A stretch of 64,000 nucleotides of DNA, taken from Tubiluchus corallicola (lineage: Eukaryota > Animalia > Priapulida). The stretch's first letter is position 1. Every line of letters starts with the position of its first letter. Of the stretch, positions 62,309 to 64,000 are shown in pieces. The position numbers were made by a program, and so were the translations under genes. The notes beneath the pieces are model-generated. The model was not told the origin of the DNA. It saw only the letters and a program-made list of their open reading frames with translations, and did no database searches. The stretch is from the NCBI GenBank assembly GCA_030141605.1, contig JAQGDQ010000008.1:124001-188000 (forward strand), written 5' to 3'.

Positions 62309-64000
62309 TAATGAAAATGAAAAAATCTGAATGTGAGTCTGCTGTGGCATTAGCATAGTTACATAGAGCTATGGAAATATAACATCTCTGTGTGAACAAG
62401 GTAGAAAGAGTTAAAGCACCATGGACTAGATGTTGAAGGTGAACATACATCAATTCTGAATTGTACAAGTAATGGCTATAGCAAATTTGATAATAATTTG
62501 TGACTATATTTGCCCCAACTCGGTCATCAGTTCTTTCTTTCAAGCATTCATTTTCATCATTATGTGGCTGTTGCTTCCTCACACCTTTTGCCTTTGTTTT
62601 TTGCAAAATTCCCAGAAAAAATTGAAACCAACCCCAATGCTTCTTTAGTTCCTATAGCGTCATAAATATTTAACTTCCTGTAATATTGTTGCTGCTGGCG
62701 CTTATAGATAGTATGTAAATATTTGTGTCGACTTTTAGGAGAATGTTTTTATGTATTTTGCCAAGTTTATATTTCTCAATTATATTTCAATGTGTATTGC
62801 CAATGTACTAGAAGGCACCATGGAGTTAAAAATAGTATTTGTGTGCCATATGAAATTGAGTTACAAATTGGTTAGAAAAGTTCATTCTCTCTAAATTTGA
62901 GTTCTTCTTCTTGTCAAATAATGTTTAAACTACAAACTATACTGTAGTTTGTGTAGTGTTTAACTAATTTGCGAGAGAACCCTTTACTTTAGCATTTACT
63001 ACTGAATTGAATTTAATAAGTAACTGATCGTAACAAGTGAACTGATTAGCTGACAAGTTTTTGGTGCGTGAATACCTATTGATATTCCTACACTATGATA
63101 TGGCAGCGTCCTTGTCTGGTTTGTCGAAATATGTGTATCAACATCTGTTTAAAAATTGTTGCCGTCATATACTATTAAGCTCTACTGCATGTTCTGCAGT
63201 TGATGCTAAGGTATTTTGCACTTGTTCTGACTTTATGTTTACACAAAATCGCACAAGCTTATATTTAAAAAATAAATATTAAATTTTGTTTCTAATTATT
63301 GCCATATTGGCTTGCTATATGGTGTAGGTAGAGCAGTGAGTTCACGGACAGACGAATATGACGTGTGGTTACCGGGCATGCTTGGAAAATTTTGAAGAAA
63401 AAAAATGGACACGAGACATTTGAGCACCAGAAAAACTCACTGTTGTACCTAGTTTTTTATTGTATTTTAAAGTTTTAATAATTTATTTTCGCTACTCTCA
63501 CAATATTTTTAAGAACGCTTCACTAAATTAAAACGTCTGCAGTAATATAATTAGGATAATGACAATTAATAGATTTTAAAACCAGTCAAATGACGGCAGT
63601 TTCTGGTTTTCTACTTTTAGTATTATGTGTACTTTTTAAATGAACAAAATAGAAGACACCACAAGTTTAAATTAGTTTTTTTTGTTAAAATATATGACAG
63701 TATTTTATTTCAAAAATATCTAGTGCATCACAATAAAAACAGTAAACATGCCTAACACAAATGAAGTGTGCAAATTTAACTTATTGGTCTGCCCCAGAAA
63801 TTCAATAAAACACGCAGAAGTTGTCTGTTTACCTGTCGCTGTGGCCTGTAAATTAAGGTTGCCATGTGTACTATGTCTCGCTATAACGAAGCCTTATGTC
63901 AACATACACAGTTAGCAATGCTCTCCTCACACAAAATTATAATGTTTACAGTTTAGTTTAAATTAAGAAGGCTGGTAGTCTAAGAAGAACCTAGATACCA

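Noticed and set aside
62061-62606. 181-aa minus-strand ORF as a real gene
   Set aside because: Starts at TTG, has no family motifs or splice structure, and overlaps a tandem duplication.

Overview
AT-rich, intron-rich animal (invertebrate) genomic DNA, not prokaryotic. I assembled the exons by hand from GT-AG sites and checked reading-frame phase. Five protein genes are supported: (1) the last two exons of a ZP-domain/cuticlin-like membrane protein (+); (2) a complete 5-exon group I chitin deacetylase-like gene (signal peptide-CBM14-LDLa-CE4, -) whose catalytic and metal-binding residues are replaced; (3) WRNIP1/MgsA-type AAA+ ATPase (10 exons, +); (4) AMFR/gp78 E3 ligase (14 exons, -); (5) a USP35/USP38-like deubiquitinase (12 exons, +), divergent from AMFR. 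A candidate orphan secreted-protein exon lies head-to-head with the deacetylase-like gene. Intergenic and intronic DNA holds a deleted Gypsy LTR element with a perfect tRNA-Leu primer-binding site, three pogo/Tigger-family copies, several decayed LINEs, small MITE-like elements and tandem repeats. The most interesting signal is the compact extracellular-matrix trio at 0.4-9.4 kb built around an apparent chitin deacetylase pseudoenzyme. All family assignments come from recalled motifs; no database searches were run.
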